DNA from: Antedon mediterranea
Taxonomy: Eukaryota > Animalia > Echinodermata
Assembly: GCF_964355755.1 (NCBI RefSeq)
Contig: NC_092671.1
Location: 39,628,304 to 39,692,303 of the forward strand
DNA length: 64,000 nucleotides
Direction: 5' to 3'
Shown: piece by piece, positions 1 through 11,989 of the stretch
How the letters are laid out: every line of letters starts with the position of its first letter
Position numbering within the stretch: the stretch's first letter is position 1
The notes under the pieces: model-generated
Seen by the model: the letters and a program-made list of their open reading frames with translations, nothing else
What the model was told of the DNA's origin: nothing
Databases searched by the model: none
Made by a program: the position numbers and the translations under genes

Positions 1-993
1 AAATAGGCCTGTAATAAATACAGTACCCTATATCCTATATTAATTAATTAAATAATAATGTAGTAGTATTGCAAGTAATCTAATAGCTTACTACTTATTG
101 TTTTTATACAATATTTTTTGAACTAGAAAACACAAAGCTCTTCGAGGTTCCAAACGAGTTCTTATTATTTTTGGACAGAATTTGTTGTAATATACTGCAA
201 TTTGGTGTGGACTATGTTCAATATACATAAATATCTTATGAAATTTAATTTGGCCGAAATATCTATACAATTGTGTATTACTGTGTATATAGACGCTAAA
301 TAAGCATACATTATGTTTATATACGCCTGTATCTATCTTACTCTGCGTACACAAGTTCTAGTTAACGACCATTATCGCTTTGCAAACCAATCTAAACAAG
401 ATATTTACTAAGAAATTTAAAATATTTATTTTCAAACTTGCGATTTGTTATTTTACTTTCTGTTTCCTAAATAAACTATTCCTGTCATCGTTTATAATTA
501 CAATTCCAGTATATAATTGATGGCAAGGATCCTGCATAAAAAAGTTTACAATTATGTTTTCGCAGGACCCTTTTACATAAAAACATAAAACATAGCAATT
601 ATAAATATTTGTTTTAGTTGAACTTACCTATGTCAGATAGGAACCAGCAAGTTTGTCTCAGTTGATCTGTGTTCTGATAGAACTTAGTGGAAGTTCTATC
701 ATAACTCCTGGTAAAATTGCTAATTGTTCATTTATATATGACAGGGCCACTTGTTTACTTAACTTGAGTGTTGGTCTTACATTCTACGGGTAGTGTGTGG
801 TATTAAGTGTCAAAGCAAAGAGTTCATATGCACAATTGTTTCAATAGATTTGTTTCTTGTGAAGTGATCGTTTTGATTTATATCCCCATATGTTCTTGTT
901 AATTAATAATTATACATTTGACTTTACCACTTATATTTGGCTTTGCAAAAATTGCAAAAACGTTTCTTCAGTTCGTTTTCTGTAGAACTAATT

Positions 994-1116
994 AACCGAT
1001 AATAGGATATAGAACTGTTAATAGGTTATAGGACCGATAATAGGATACAGAACCGATAATAGGTTATAGAACTGATAATCGGATATAGAACCGTTAATAG
1101 GATACAGAACCGATAA
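994..1116. repeat. Minisatellite, 19-bp unit (AACCGATAATAGGATATAG), ~6 copies
   Basis: Direct tandem copies with few substitutions visible at 994-1116. Confidence 0.85.
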
Positions 1117-1799
1117 AATACACTCACTGGCTTAATACATACATAAAATACACGCGGCACAGAAGCGGTCCACATATTTTGTGAATGTTGCGTAAAACTG
1201 TTAACATTATTGATATCATACAAATGTTACTAATCCTTGTTCTACTTATTTTGAAAATAAATGGTAGATATGATCGGAAAATAATATGAATGTGAAACAC
1301 TAGGTTTATTGTCCCATCTATTAAAAAATATAAACCTGTTTTAATGTTGACATTTGAATAAATATTTCAGTAACAGCAACAACATTTATGTACAGTATTA
1401 CAACATTCAACTGGATCATTTTTATCATAAACTTATATTAAAACACTGTTACTAAAAAAGTTTGTAGAAGTAGAGGGCGCAGTGGTGATTTTTAAAGACA
1501 AATATTCTACAAATTGAAAATAAGATTAAAACTTGTACAATCAAATGTATATAGGAACAGACACGTTAATAATTACACTAACTAGCAGAGCCTGCTTCAG
1601 AGCTTTCAGAATCGACTCATGTTTCTACTTGAAAATTAATAATTAGCAAACATTTTTTTCGGATTTTGAACCAAATAAATCATTTAAAAATATGATATCT
1701 AGAGTATACAAGAGCCTAATTGATGGTACCTTGTTGACTTGTCTCTTACCAGCATATTTGGATATGTGTACCACTTGAGGTATACAAGATTACGGGCCT

Positions 1800-1914
1800 T
1801 ATATAAATGACAGACCGTTGAAAGCTGGTACAAGTTTTGTTAGAACTTGGTTGTTCTAGCTTACTACAGTGAGGTAACAGCGTATTTCATAAACCGTCAA
1901 CCGGACATAAGCAG
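1800..1914 (+). promoter_or_regulatory. Putative TATA box and non-coding first exon of the Arg/His-rich gene
   Basis: TATATAAA at 1800-1807; strong donor CAG|GTAAGA at 1914/1915; matching acceptor TTTTCTTTCTTTACAG| at 2582, 4 nt before the ATG at 2587. Confidence 0.6.
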
Positions 1915-2586
1915 GTAAGAATTAAACTTCTCAATACTTTATGACATTTTATTTCATTTTGATTAACAAATTCGGGAACTATTATTACTAATAGAAACAT
2001 TAACAAAATACTACCAAACTGTAACTTTAAAAACATAAAATAACAAATATACTATAACCTTAGACCTAGTAATTAATATAAATATATAGAGCTTGTTGGA
2101 AATAGTAACTAATGCATTGCACATTTTAAATAGTGAATGACTTAATACACATACAGAACAATGATAACGTAACAGACTTACATCATTTTGATTCAAATCT
2201 GTTGTTTGAGGGGCGGGTGAGAAATGTGTTTTTGTTTTTTTTATTGCTTTTTTTAATGCATGGAAAAATAATAGTGGTGTTTTGAAAAAAAAATACCAAT
2301 AAAAGATTTACAATATTAGCTACTCTGTATGAACGAAAATTCCCTCGTATTTTTTTTTTAAAAGGAGCCAAACTATTCATGTGCAAAATGTATTAAAAAA
2401 TATTTAAGGAGATTATTTAAAAAAAACTGTTCGTCATTTTCGTGAAATTGGTGATGGTTGACGATATTTAAATACGTACTTTTACGCCGAATATTCAAAA
2501 GTTTATCATTCAGTTATCTCAATTATGAATTAAAATTAATAAAAAGATATCATCAATTTGCTAATGTTTTCTTTCTTTACAGAACC

Positions 2587-5500
2587 ATGTTAGTTTTGCG
2601 TCTAGCGTTGCTAGTTGGCTGTTTCCTGTCTTTTAAAGTAACAGTAGCAGAACAACAAACTAATCTTGAGACACAAGATGTTCTAAATACCGCCGATGCA
2701 AATCAAGAAATTGACCAGCAACAACCTTATCCAGTAAAAGAGGTTTTACCACAAGCTGACATCCAATCTGACGTCACAAACACAGATGCCAATGAAGATA
2801 CAAGTTATCGATGCCGTCGTCGTCGATATCGGTATCGTCGCCACGTTACCAGATACCGGTTAACACGAATTACTTTCTATTTCAGAGGTAGATCGTTAAT
2901 CTTCAGGTATTTTATGCGAGGACGGTTCCACAATGAAGTTTCAAACTACCAGTGGCGCGGAAATCGATTGTTCTTCTACTGGCGGTTAGGACGTTCTTGG
3001 AGGTTCATGCCATTCTTTTCCTATGGCGGTCGCAGGTACGTATTCAGACGTGGAATGTATAGATGCGGAAAGTACTATATTCGAAGACGTGGGTCTCGAG
3101 GATTGTGGGTACGTCGTACTTATCGAGTGACACGACAAAGATTGTTCTGGCGAAACCGACGAATGTACATCTCTTTCTACTACGGAAGACGACGATATGT
3201 CCGCGTTGTTAGGTACGTCTGGAGAGGTGGATATTTAATGTATTACTTCCACTTTGGGCGTATTAGAGGTTGGCGAAGAGTGACATATTTCTACATTGGG
3301 CATCGAAGATATCGCTTCTACAGGGGCAGATACCGATGTGGACGACTCTACATCTGGGGACGAGGTCGGAAAATCACCGTTCGAGGTTATCGTGTAACAA
3401 GACAGAGATTGTTCTATAAGAACAGACGAATGTACATCTCTTTCTACTACGGAAGAAGGCGATATGTACGCGTTGTTAGGTACGTCTGGAGAGGTGGGTA
3501 TCTGATGTACTATTTTAGCTTTGGCCATATCAGAGGTTGGCGAAAGGCAACATCTTTCTACATCGGGCGTCGACGATATCGTTTCTACAAGGGTAGATAC
3601 CGATGTGGACGATTTTACATCTGGGGACGAGGTCGACGATTTACCGTTCGAGGTTATCGTGTAACAAGACAGAGAGTGTTTTATAGAAACAGACGTATGT
3701 ACATCTCTTTCTACTATGGAAGAAGGCGATATGTACGCGTTGTTAGGTACGTCTGGAGAAGTGGGTATCTGATGTACTATTTTAGCTTTGGCCATATCAG
3801 AGGATGGCGAAAAGCAACCTCTTTCTACATCGGGCGTCGACGATATCGTTTCTACAAGGGTAGATACCGATGTGGACGATTTTACATCTGGGGACGAGGT
3901 CGACGATTTACCGTGCGACGTTATCGAGTAACAAGACAAAGAGTATTCTATAGGAACAGACGTATGTATATTTCATTCTACTATGGAAGAAGACGATATG
4001 TACGCGTTGTTAAATACGTCTGGAGACGAGGATATCTGATGTACTATTTTAGCTTTGGCCATATCAGAGGTTGGCGAAAAACAACATCTTTCTACATTGG
4101 GCGTCGACGATACCGCTTCTACAAGGGTAGATACCGATGTGGACGATTCTACATCTGGGGACGAGGTCGACGATTTACAGTGAAACGCCGTCCAGTGCAT
4201 CGTGTCACAAAACAAAGACTGTTCTATCGAAACGGACGCATGTACCTTATTTGGTACTACAGAGGAAGAAGATATACTCGTGTTGTAAAATATACTTGGA
4301 GAAACAATCGAATGGTATATTACTTCCGTTTTGGACGTCATAGAGGCTGGCGAACAGTCAGTTACTTCTATATTGGGCGCCGACGATACCGATACGTCAA
4401 CGGTAAATATACATCTGGACGGAGTTACATCAAAGCAGGAGGTGGACGACTAAGAGTGTATGGCCGTCTCCCAATACGTAACATAAATAAAAGAAGACGA
4501 ATTTCCTATTTCTTTATGTCACATGGTAGATTGTATTACCGATTCTATAGAGGTAATAGATACGTTACTACAATAATGAAATATACACGACGTCATAATC
4601 GTCTGTACTATTACATTGGCCACAGGTGGCGCATTGTTACGTCATATCAGTACAATGGCAGGTATTACACCATTGTGAATGGACGATACAGAATAACTAC
4701 CCATCGTGCTTTTATCCATCGACACTATACTAGACATGCAATCCACACCAGCTCTGTGCTGCACAAATACATCACAAGAAATATAATTCATCGTAGAGTT
4801 GTTTACCACCATCGACATGTTCACCACAGACATGTTGTCAGACATGTTCGTCACTTTCATCACACCATTCACAGACATTCCCATCGTGTTCTACATCATC
4901 ACTACAAGACATCTCATAGACGAAATATCAACCATCACCGTACTATTCGTCATGTGAGGCATTACCACCATTTGCACCATAAATATCACACTCGCACACT
5001 TCACACCCGAGTGTACGTAAATCATCGAAGAAACGTACATCATCACGTTACCAAAAAACACGTTCATCATTACCATCATGTCCACAACAAGTATCATCGA
5101 CGTAATATTGTAACACATCGTTACGTCAATCACCGTCATAACACAATACATCGTCACAATGTTCGACATGTTCGTCATATCTATCACCGATTGCATAGAC
5201 ATCATCACCGCGCTGTCCATCGTCATGTGCGTATAAATCACCATAGGAACGTGATCCATCGTCATGTAGTGCGTCATGTTAAACACTTTCATCATGTACT
5301 TCACAAGCACAGTCATTTGGTAAGACATCATCATAGAAACGTTTACCATCGACGTAACATAACACATCGCCATGTACTGGTACATAGACACCATTACCGC
5401 CATGCCTATCACCGACACCATGTTCGTGTTTTACATAGGCATGTACATGTGAACCACAATCGCAATGTTATTCATCGCCATTACGTGAGACATGTGCGTC

Positions 5501-8214
5501 ATTTCCACCATACACGTCATCTGCATCGACGTTTTGTACGTCATCATCACCGATATGTTAAGCATAGACGAAACGTCATCCACCGTCACTTAGTTAAACA
5601 TGTCAAGCATTATCATCATGTACTTCATCGACACGTTCATCGCGTGATTAATCGAAATGCATACGTCAACCATAGACATAACATTCGTCATCGACATGTA
5701 GTGAGGCACGTCAAACACTTGCAACACATAATCAACAAGTATCACAACAGAAGTGTAAGTAGTCATGCGACGGTAAATCATCGCCGAAACGTCGTACACC
5801 GTCACGTTTTAAGACACGTTCACCACTACCGACACAACATCCAAAGATACCACACTCGTCAACTCCACCACAACGCATATGTAAACCATCGTAGAAATGT
5901 CGTTCATCGACATTACGTTAGACACGTCAAACACCTGCACCAGGCTCGACATGTCCACCAACGCCGTACATTACACCGTAACACATACGTCAACCACAGA
6001 CGAAACGTAATCCATCGACATGTCCTGCGTCATGTTCACCACTACCATCACGCTTACCATAGGCACGCTACCCGTAACATTTACAAAAATGCGTTTGTAA
6101 ATCATAGACGTAACGTAATTCATCGTCACGTGTTAAGACACGTGCATCACTACCACCACATCATCCGCAAACACCATCATAAGAATATTATCACAAGGTC
6201 TTACCTCAACCATCGCCGAAATATAATCCATAGACATCATCTCAGACATAACCGCCACTTTACTCAAATTGTAAACCGATACAAAACTAAAAACGTTTAT
6301 ACAAAAGCATATGTCAACCACAGGCGAAACGTAATTAAACGTAGGTATATCAACCATAGACAGAACATCAGACAGGTTGTTAACAGATACGTCACCCGAA
6401 ATGTTTACAAACGACAGTACATTAACCATCATAAACACATTCAACATCGTCAAACTATAAGTCATGTTCATCATTATCATCACATCATTCGAAAACATCA
6501 CGTCAGAAATGTATTCCGTAATGCATACGTAAACCATAGACGTAATGTTGTACATCGCTACCATCGTCGCCATAACCATCACTACCACCACACATACACA
6601 CGATATACCACCAAAAATGTTTTACATAGAAAGAACGTCCATCACCGACGTAACTTGTCACAAAAACACTACGTGAGACATGTACACCATTATCACCACG
6701 CTATTCACAAACATTATCACCGCAACGTTAACCACAGAGTCAACGTTCATCACAGACGTAACATCATCCATCGTCATTACAAACGACATGTCCACCATTA
6801 CAGACACAACTACCACAGACACGCCACCAAAAATGTACATACCAATGCATACGTTAACCACGTGCATAGAAGAATACATCGATATCACCTCCGTCATGTG
6901 AAACATTACAGACATAATATCAATGTTAACACACACCGAAATGTCGTCACTCGTCATTATGTAAATCACCGACGAAACATCATTCACCGACATCACCATC
7001 GACATGTACAACATTATCATCATGTCCTGCATAGACACGTCCACCGAAACGTGTTCAAGAATGCTTACGTAAATCATAGACGTAACGTCATTCATCGTCA
7101 TCACGTTCGACATGTCCGTCATTTCCATCACGCCGTACATAGACATATTAACAGGCATGTTCAAACACACAAAAATGTATATCACAGGCGAAACATTCGC
7201 CACAACAAAAACATACGTCATGTGACCCATCACCATCATGCCAGGCACGTGCACCATCATCGAGTGTTGGTATCTCACCGTAACGTCAGCCACCGACGAA
7301 ACGTCATCCATCGACACATCGTTCGACATGTCCAACACTTGCATCACGTGTTACACAAATACCATCATCGAAACTTGGTTAGCCATGTGAATGTAAGCCA
7401 TCGAAGAAATATCAGACATCGTCATCATGTACGTCACGTTCGTCATTACCATCACGTTGTACACGTACATCATCACCGACATTTACACCGTAACATCAAC
7501 GTGAACCACCGACGTAACGTTATACATCGTCGCCGCGTTAACCATGTTCGACATTACCATCATATAGTAAACGTACACGGACACCGCAGTGTCAGCAGTC
7601 ACGTGAAGGTAAACCATCGAAAAAACATTCACCTACATCGTACCATTACGCATGCTAAACATTTCCACCAGGTGTTACACCGACACACTCACATAACACG
7701 ACATCATCACGTGAACGTCAACCATCGACGTAACATCAAGCATAGACACAACGTCCGTCATGTTCGACATTACCACCATGTATTGCACAGACATCGTCAT
7801 ATCGTGAAGCAACATCACCGAAACGTATACCATCGACGAAACGTGCATCACCATTACCACAAAAGCCATGTCCATCATTACCATCGCTCCTTCCACAGGC
7901 ATCTTCACCGTAATGTGCATACCCAGGTTCACGTGACCCACAACCGCAACGTTGCACATCACCACCACCTGCGTCACGTTCATCATTACCATCACGTAAT
8001 AAATAGGCACCAACATAAGAATGTGTCCACACATGCCCATGTGAGTCATCATAGACACGTGCGCCATAACACTCACGTGAGTCATTCGCACCATATTTAC
8101 CATCGTCTGACAAGGTATAGCAAACGTGTGTTACATCACCATCGAAACGTTTATCACAGTCGTAACGTACAACATAACAGGCACGTAAGCCATACGCACC
8201 ACCACCACCACTAA
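2587..8214 (+). CDS. Secreted, extremely basic Arg/Tyr- and His-rich repeat protein (~1875 aa, single coding exon)
   Basis: 5.6-kb uninterrupted ORF. Likely true start is ATG 2587 (ACCATG, just after a splice acceptor), followed by signal peptide MLVLRLALLVGCFLSFKVTVA, an acidic Q/E/D pro-piece, RCRRRRYRYRR, seven ~89-aa R/Y/W/F/G repeats and ~32 36-aa His-rich repeats. Ends SHTHHHHH*. Confidence 0.9.
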   Translation: MLVLRLALLVGCFLSFKVTVAEQQTNLETQDVLNTADANQEIDQQQPYPVKEVLPQADIQSDVTNTDANEDTSYRCRRRRYRYRRHVTRYRLTRITFYFRGRSLIFRYFMRGRFHNEVSNYQWRGNRLFFYWRLGRSWRFMPFFSYGGRRYVFRRGMYRCGKYYIRRRGSRGLWVRRTYRVTRQRLFWRNRRMYISFYYGRRRYVRVVRYVWRGGYLMYYFHFGRIRGWRRVTYFYIGHRRYRFYRGRYRCGRLYIWGRGRKITVRGYRVTRQRLFYKNRRMYISFYYGRRRYVRVVRYVWRGGYLMYYFSFGHIRGWRKATSFYIGRRRYRFYKGRYRCGRFYIWGRGRRFTVRGYRVTRQRVFYRNRRMYISFYYGRRRYVRVVRYVWRSGYLMYYFSFGHIRGWRKATSFYIGRRRYRFYKGRYRCGRFYIWGRGRRFTVRRYRVTRQRVFYRNRRMYISFYYGRRRYVRVVKYVWRRGYLMYYFSFGHIRGWRKTTSFYIGRRRYRFYKGRYRCGRFYIWGRGRRFTVKRRPVHRVTKQRLFYRNGRMYLIWYYRGRRYTRVVKYTWRNNRMVYYFRFGRHRGWRTVSYFYIGRRRYRYVNGKYTSGRSYIKAGGGRLRVYGRLPIRNINKRRRISYFFMSHGRLYYRFYRGNRYVTTIMKYTRRHNRLYYYIGHRWRIVTSYQYNGRYYTIVNGRYRITTHRAFIHRHYTRHAIHTSSVLHKYITRNIIHRRVVYHHRHVHHRHVVRHVRHFHHTIHRHSHRVLHHHYKTSHRRNINHHRTIRHVRHYHHLHHKYHTRTLHTRVYVNHRRNVHHHVTKKHVHHYHHVHNKYHRRNIVTHRYVNHRHNTIHRHNVRHVRHIYHRLHRHHHRAVHRHVRINHHRNVIHRHVVRHVKHFHHVLHKHSHLVRHHHRNVYHRRNITHRHVLVHRHHYRHAYHRHHVRVLHRHVHVNHNRNVIHRHYVRHVRHFHHTRHLHRRFVRHHHRYVKHRRNVIHRHLVKHVKHYHHVLHRHVHRVINRNAYVNHRHNIRHRHVVRHVKHLQHIINKYHNRSVSSHATVNHRRNVVHRHVLRHVHHYRHNIQRYHTRQLHHNAYVNHRRNVVHRHYVRHVKHLHQARHVHQRRTLHRNTYVNHRRNVIHRHVLRHVHHYHHAYHRHATRNIYKNAFVNHRRNVIHRHVLRHVHHYHHIIRKHHHKNIITRSYLNHRRNIIHRHHLRHNRHFTQIVNRYKTKNVYTKAYVNHRRNVIKRRYINHRQNIRQVVNRYVTRNVYKRQYINHHKHIQHRQTISHVHHYHHIIRKHHVRNVFRNAYVNHRRNVVHRYHRRHNHHYHHTYTRYTTKNVLHRKNVHHRRNLSQKHYVRHVHHYHHAIHKHYHRNVNHRVNVHHRRNIIHRHYKRHVHHYRHNYHRHATKNVHTNAYVNHVHRRIHRYHLRHVKHYRHNINVNTHRNVVTRHYVNHRRNIIHRHHHRHVQHYHHVLHRHVHRNVFKNAYVNHRRNVIHRHHVRHVRHFHHAVHRHINRHVQTHKNVYHRRNIRHNKNIRHVTHHHHARHVHHHRVLVSHRNVSHRRNVIHRHIVRHVQHLHHVLHKYHHRNLVSHVNVSHRRNIRHRHHVRHVRHYHHVVHVHHHRHLHRNINVNHRRNVIHRRRVNHVRHYHHIVNVHGHRSVSSHVKVNHRKNIHLHRTITHAKHFHQVLHRHTHITRHHHVNVNHRRNIKHRHNVRHVRHYHHVLHRHRHIVKQHHRNVYHRRNVHHHYHKSHVHHYHRSFHRHLHRNVHTQVHVTHNRNVAHHHHLRHVHHYHHVINRHQHKNVSTHAHVSHHRHVRHNTHVSHSHHIYHRLTRYSKRVLHHHRNVYHSRNVQHNRHVSHTHHHHH
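2854..4700 (+). repeat. Coding tandem repeat, 267-bp (89-aa) unit, 7 copies
   Basis: Units start at 2854, 3121, 3388, 3655, 3922, 4198 and ~4495. Copies 3-5 are near-identical at DNA level; terminal copies are diverged. Confidence 0.9.
4702..8211 (+). repeat. Coding tandem repeat, 108-bp (36-aa) His-rich unit, ~32 copies
   Basis: The motif (Y/H/N)V(N/Y/S)HRRNV/I recurs every 36 residues; approximate consensus YVNHRRNVIHRHVVRHVHHYHHVLHRHHHRNVxxxA. Confidence 0.85.
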
Positions 8215-10939
8215 ATGAACGAATTATAACCCTATGCAAACGAATATAACCCGAATATAACCCGAATTATAACCCTATGCAAACGAATATACTTATAGAA
8301 ATTGAACATTTCTATACATTATTTAAAGTAAATCTAATAATTAAAACCTCGTTCACATGCGATTATCATAATACGAATGCATTTATTCAATTCTATTTGG
8401 AATATCTGTCTCTTCAATGTGATTAAAATTGACATTCTGTGATATTATTCAGATAGAGAGAGGAAAATTAAATGTCATAAACGTTATTGCATATTTGTGG
8501 CTTATTTTCTATTCCTGATGTTTCTTGTGTCTTCTTTTTTCTTTCTTGACTACGTGAATAAGATTAAGAGGTTAAAATGATAAATAAATCACACGTCACA
8601 AATAAGAATTATTTTTTTCATGGATGCATTATCTTTGATATACTATTATTTTGTTTATTAATTTATATTGAATATACTGAATATGTTATACATAGGCCTA
8701 TTACCGTTAAAAAATGTCGTGCTATAAATAGACCAAAATAGATCTTGAGGCAACAATGAACCAACCAAGTCAGTTAATTATGCATACCATACCAAATAGT
8801 AGGACAATTAGAAATGTCCCGAACGGCGCCCCGTACCGGACATTAACATGCAGAAATGACGCAATTCATCTTTCGGTAATTAGAATTACTGAAACTAATA
8901 TTAAAAAAAGTAAAAGTAAAACTTGAATTACTGAAGACTCGGACATCTCTGATTATTTAAATATATTTTGTATATACGCATCTGAGAAATGACAAAAACA
9001 GTAAAAATACAAAATACAGAACTAGAAAAACGACGATGGAAAGATATCTTAAGCTGATAGCAACGCCAGTCAATGCGTATGACAACTTCTCTAGATCATT
9101 TCAAACAATGATTAATCAATTCTTTCAAATCAAGCTAAAATATCACAATCACCTTGGCTAACCGAATCGATTGCCATGAAAATAAACTAAGTCAAAAGTA
9201 AGTAAATATACAACCGCTTCTAATTGTCTTTGCATGCAAAATTGAAGATACAATAACTATAGTGACAGAATATAAACGAGGAAAACAACAACTGATGAAG
9301 TCTAGCTAGACGAAACGTTCTTGAAACGTAAATTAAAATTACTGGTTTAATGAACTACATATCAATAAATCTATACGATGGGACAAAACATAATCTTGTT
9401 AGGTGAACTTCGCAGTATAATATCTCTAAATGGGAGCAAATTTTATTTTATCGTGATTTCCGTTTCCGAGGTATTAAATTATTATAAAAAAGCACAACAA
9501 ACACACTTTCAATCCATGAAAATTGTAAAAGATAATGTTACACTAATAATGTGTATTTGATGACGATATCAAAAATGATACTTTAAGCGTACTTAAGTGT
9601 ACTTACAATTGGTTGTTGGGTTTGGCAAAACTGAGCCAAGGAAGAGTTTAACTTCTCCAACAATTTGTATTATATCTAGAAAAATAGTCAAAATACTAAT
9701 TACTTCAAACAAAGAAAATAATAATTGTGTTTTTTGGATGAAATTCTTAAATGGTATTATAGAAGCCACCAGTAACACTCACACCAAACAGTTAAAATTA
9801 ATTGCATCATGAATAGAGAACGTACTCAAAGACAAATTAAATATTTTGTTAACACATTAATGAAGTAGGCGTAGGCCTACTATCTCAAACTGTGCTTCCA
9901 GACGGGACATTTTTAATTTAGTATTTATTAATTTCAATAATAAATCTTAATCAGCCTACTGTAATTCTAACTGTAAGGTAGTAGGTCCTGTCAAAGAACA
10001 TGGTGCATTAGCCCTGTCTACTTGACACAGCCGAGTGAGATCAACACCCACTAAAGTATGCCTTGCACTACAATAGGCCTATGCAATTATTATATGCCTA
10101 TATATCGTCTATATAAAACCATTGTATTGTTTTCCTTTAAATTATACATACATGCATTGTATTCAGTAATGAAAACAATAATAAAAATATGTGATTTAAC
10201 CCAACTCACTGCTCACTCTAACTAGAATTTATCTATATTGAAACAACACAACTGAAAGAACATAGGTCCAACCAACTGCTATTATTAGGTTGTTCAAAAA
10301 CTATTTGTGTTAAAATTCAAATAATTAAAATTATATACAATTACAAACATTATATAGATATTATATGTGATATTTACCTTTTCTTAGACCTAGAAAAACG
10401 AAGACGTAACCGCTTTATTCATGTTTTATAGCATGCGCATCGTCTTGTGGATCGATTACAACAACAGTAATAACTCTGGCGTATCTCTTTTCCTTCTATA
10501 TAGTTTAACTTATTATAATAAATGTATTTTGGCCGCAATGCCAGGCGAGGTTATTGCTACACTCTAGTTATATGGGCCAGCCTTAGTTCAGTCCTGCCTT
10601 AATATGACCGTATGCTCCACGCCACGGTCAGCAAACCCAGCACAATATGCCATAACATTGGGCCTACATATGTAGGCCTAGACCACATACCTGAGAAAAT
10701 ATGAATGAATTAGAATTTCGTCTCTGTCTTTTTCACTCTTGTAGTTAGTATACTAAGCCTTTCACCGTTTATTTGTTTTGTATAATACAACCCTTATTTG
10801 TGTTTTAATTACTGTTTTGGTGTTGTCTTATTTGCGAGAATTCCGAGTACCGAAACACGTGTGTCTGTTTACATTTCTTCTGCGCTCTACGTCAAGCAAC
10901 GTTAACAAACCCGTCAACAAGCGTTAAACTCATCAACCA

Positions 10940-11017
10940 TCAAAGTCATTACGTCAAAGTTAAATTAATTTACTTCAGAATTGAATCAAATTGTTAACTT
11001 TGACGTAGTGACTTTGA
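10940..11017. repeat. Short inverted repeat (24-bp arms), possible MITE remnant
   Basis: TCAAAGTCATTACGTCAAAGTTAA ... TTAACTTTGACGTAGTGACTTTGA, one mismatch. Confidence 0.6.
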
Positions 11018-11989
11018 CCTACCTTTGAGACAGTGCATATGGTTAGGTGAATAAAACTAATATGAATGACAACACATGATTAAAAAATAGAGGTCTAAAC
11101 TGGCTTGAAAATGTTTTATTTATTATTGTGAATATGCATTGCAATCCAAATTTACATTCTCAAGTTAAATTCGTATTCGTATTTATATTATGCGTAGAAA
11201 AGTATAGTAACACACACGTAAATTAAGGTTATCTACCTAATTGTAAACAGATTTGACAACAAAGTGTATGCGTAGGCCTACTGTTACAAATTTAGAGCAG
11301 AAACAAATTAACTGGTTATAAACATTTTAATAAGCCTAATATGCATTACAACATGTAATGTAATGTTGTTCGATTTATATAGCGCTTATACAATCAAAAG
11401 ATTGTCCCAAAGCTCTGAGAGAAAAAACATAAAGAAATTAAAAAGAAAAAAGATGGGTTTTTAAAAGTGTTTTGAAAACTATGATAGAGGATGCATTTTT
11501 AATAGAATCAGATTGCAAAAGCTCGATCACCATAGGTTACTTCAATATCTCTAAGTGGTTGGTTTTGAATCTAAATTTAAAGTTGAATAAGTTATAGTAC
11601 AAAGAAGTTGACTAAAAGAAAACACTTAAAAAGAAAGAAAAAAAGAAAACAAACTGAGGATTCCTTTTCCCCTCAATATTCTATATTAAAATGAAACTTA
11701 AAGTAGACTGAATCAGACGTTAAAAGTAACTTAAACAATGGGAAAACATTGTGCAATTGGTAGGTTGTTTCAGCACATTAACTAAAGCAAATTAAGTATA
11801 TTACAACTATCACTATATTCGTACTTATTTGGAAAACTTTGTTATATGTATCCAATATTTGTAGCCAATACTGTGTCTCTCTAAGTCATTTATGACCTTA
11901 TTCATAAATATGATGAAAATGGGTATTGTATTTCTCCCGGATTTTGATAATGTCCCGTTATTAAATATGTGTATTGCGCGCGCGCCTTC

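Noticed and set aside
2458-2586. N-terminal 43 aa of the 1918-aa ORF call
   Set aside because: Begins at a TTG inside the intron; the splice acceptor at 2582 and the signal peptide point to ATG 2587.
3235-8239. Many antisense and alternative-frame ORFs (M/V/S/T-rich)
   Set aside because: Shadows of the repetitive His/Arg codons (CAT/CAC read as ATG/GTG on the other strand).
8216-8291. Short duplications just after the stop codon of the Arg/His gene
   Set aside because: Local 3'-UTR slippage duplication with no evident function.
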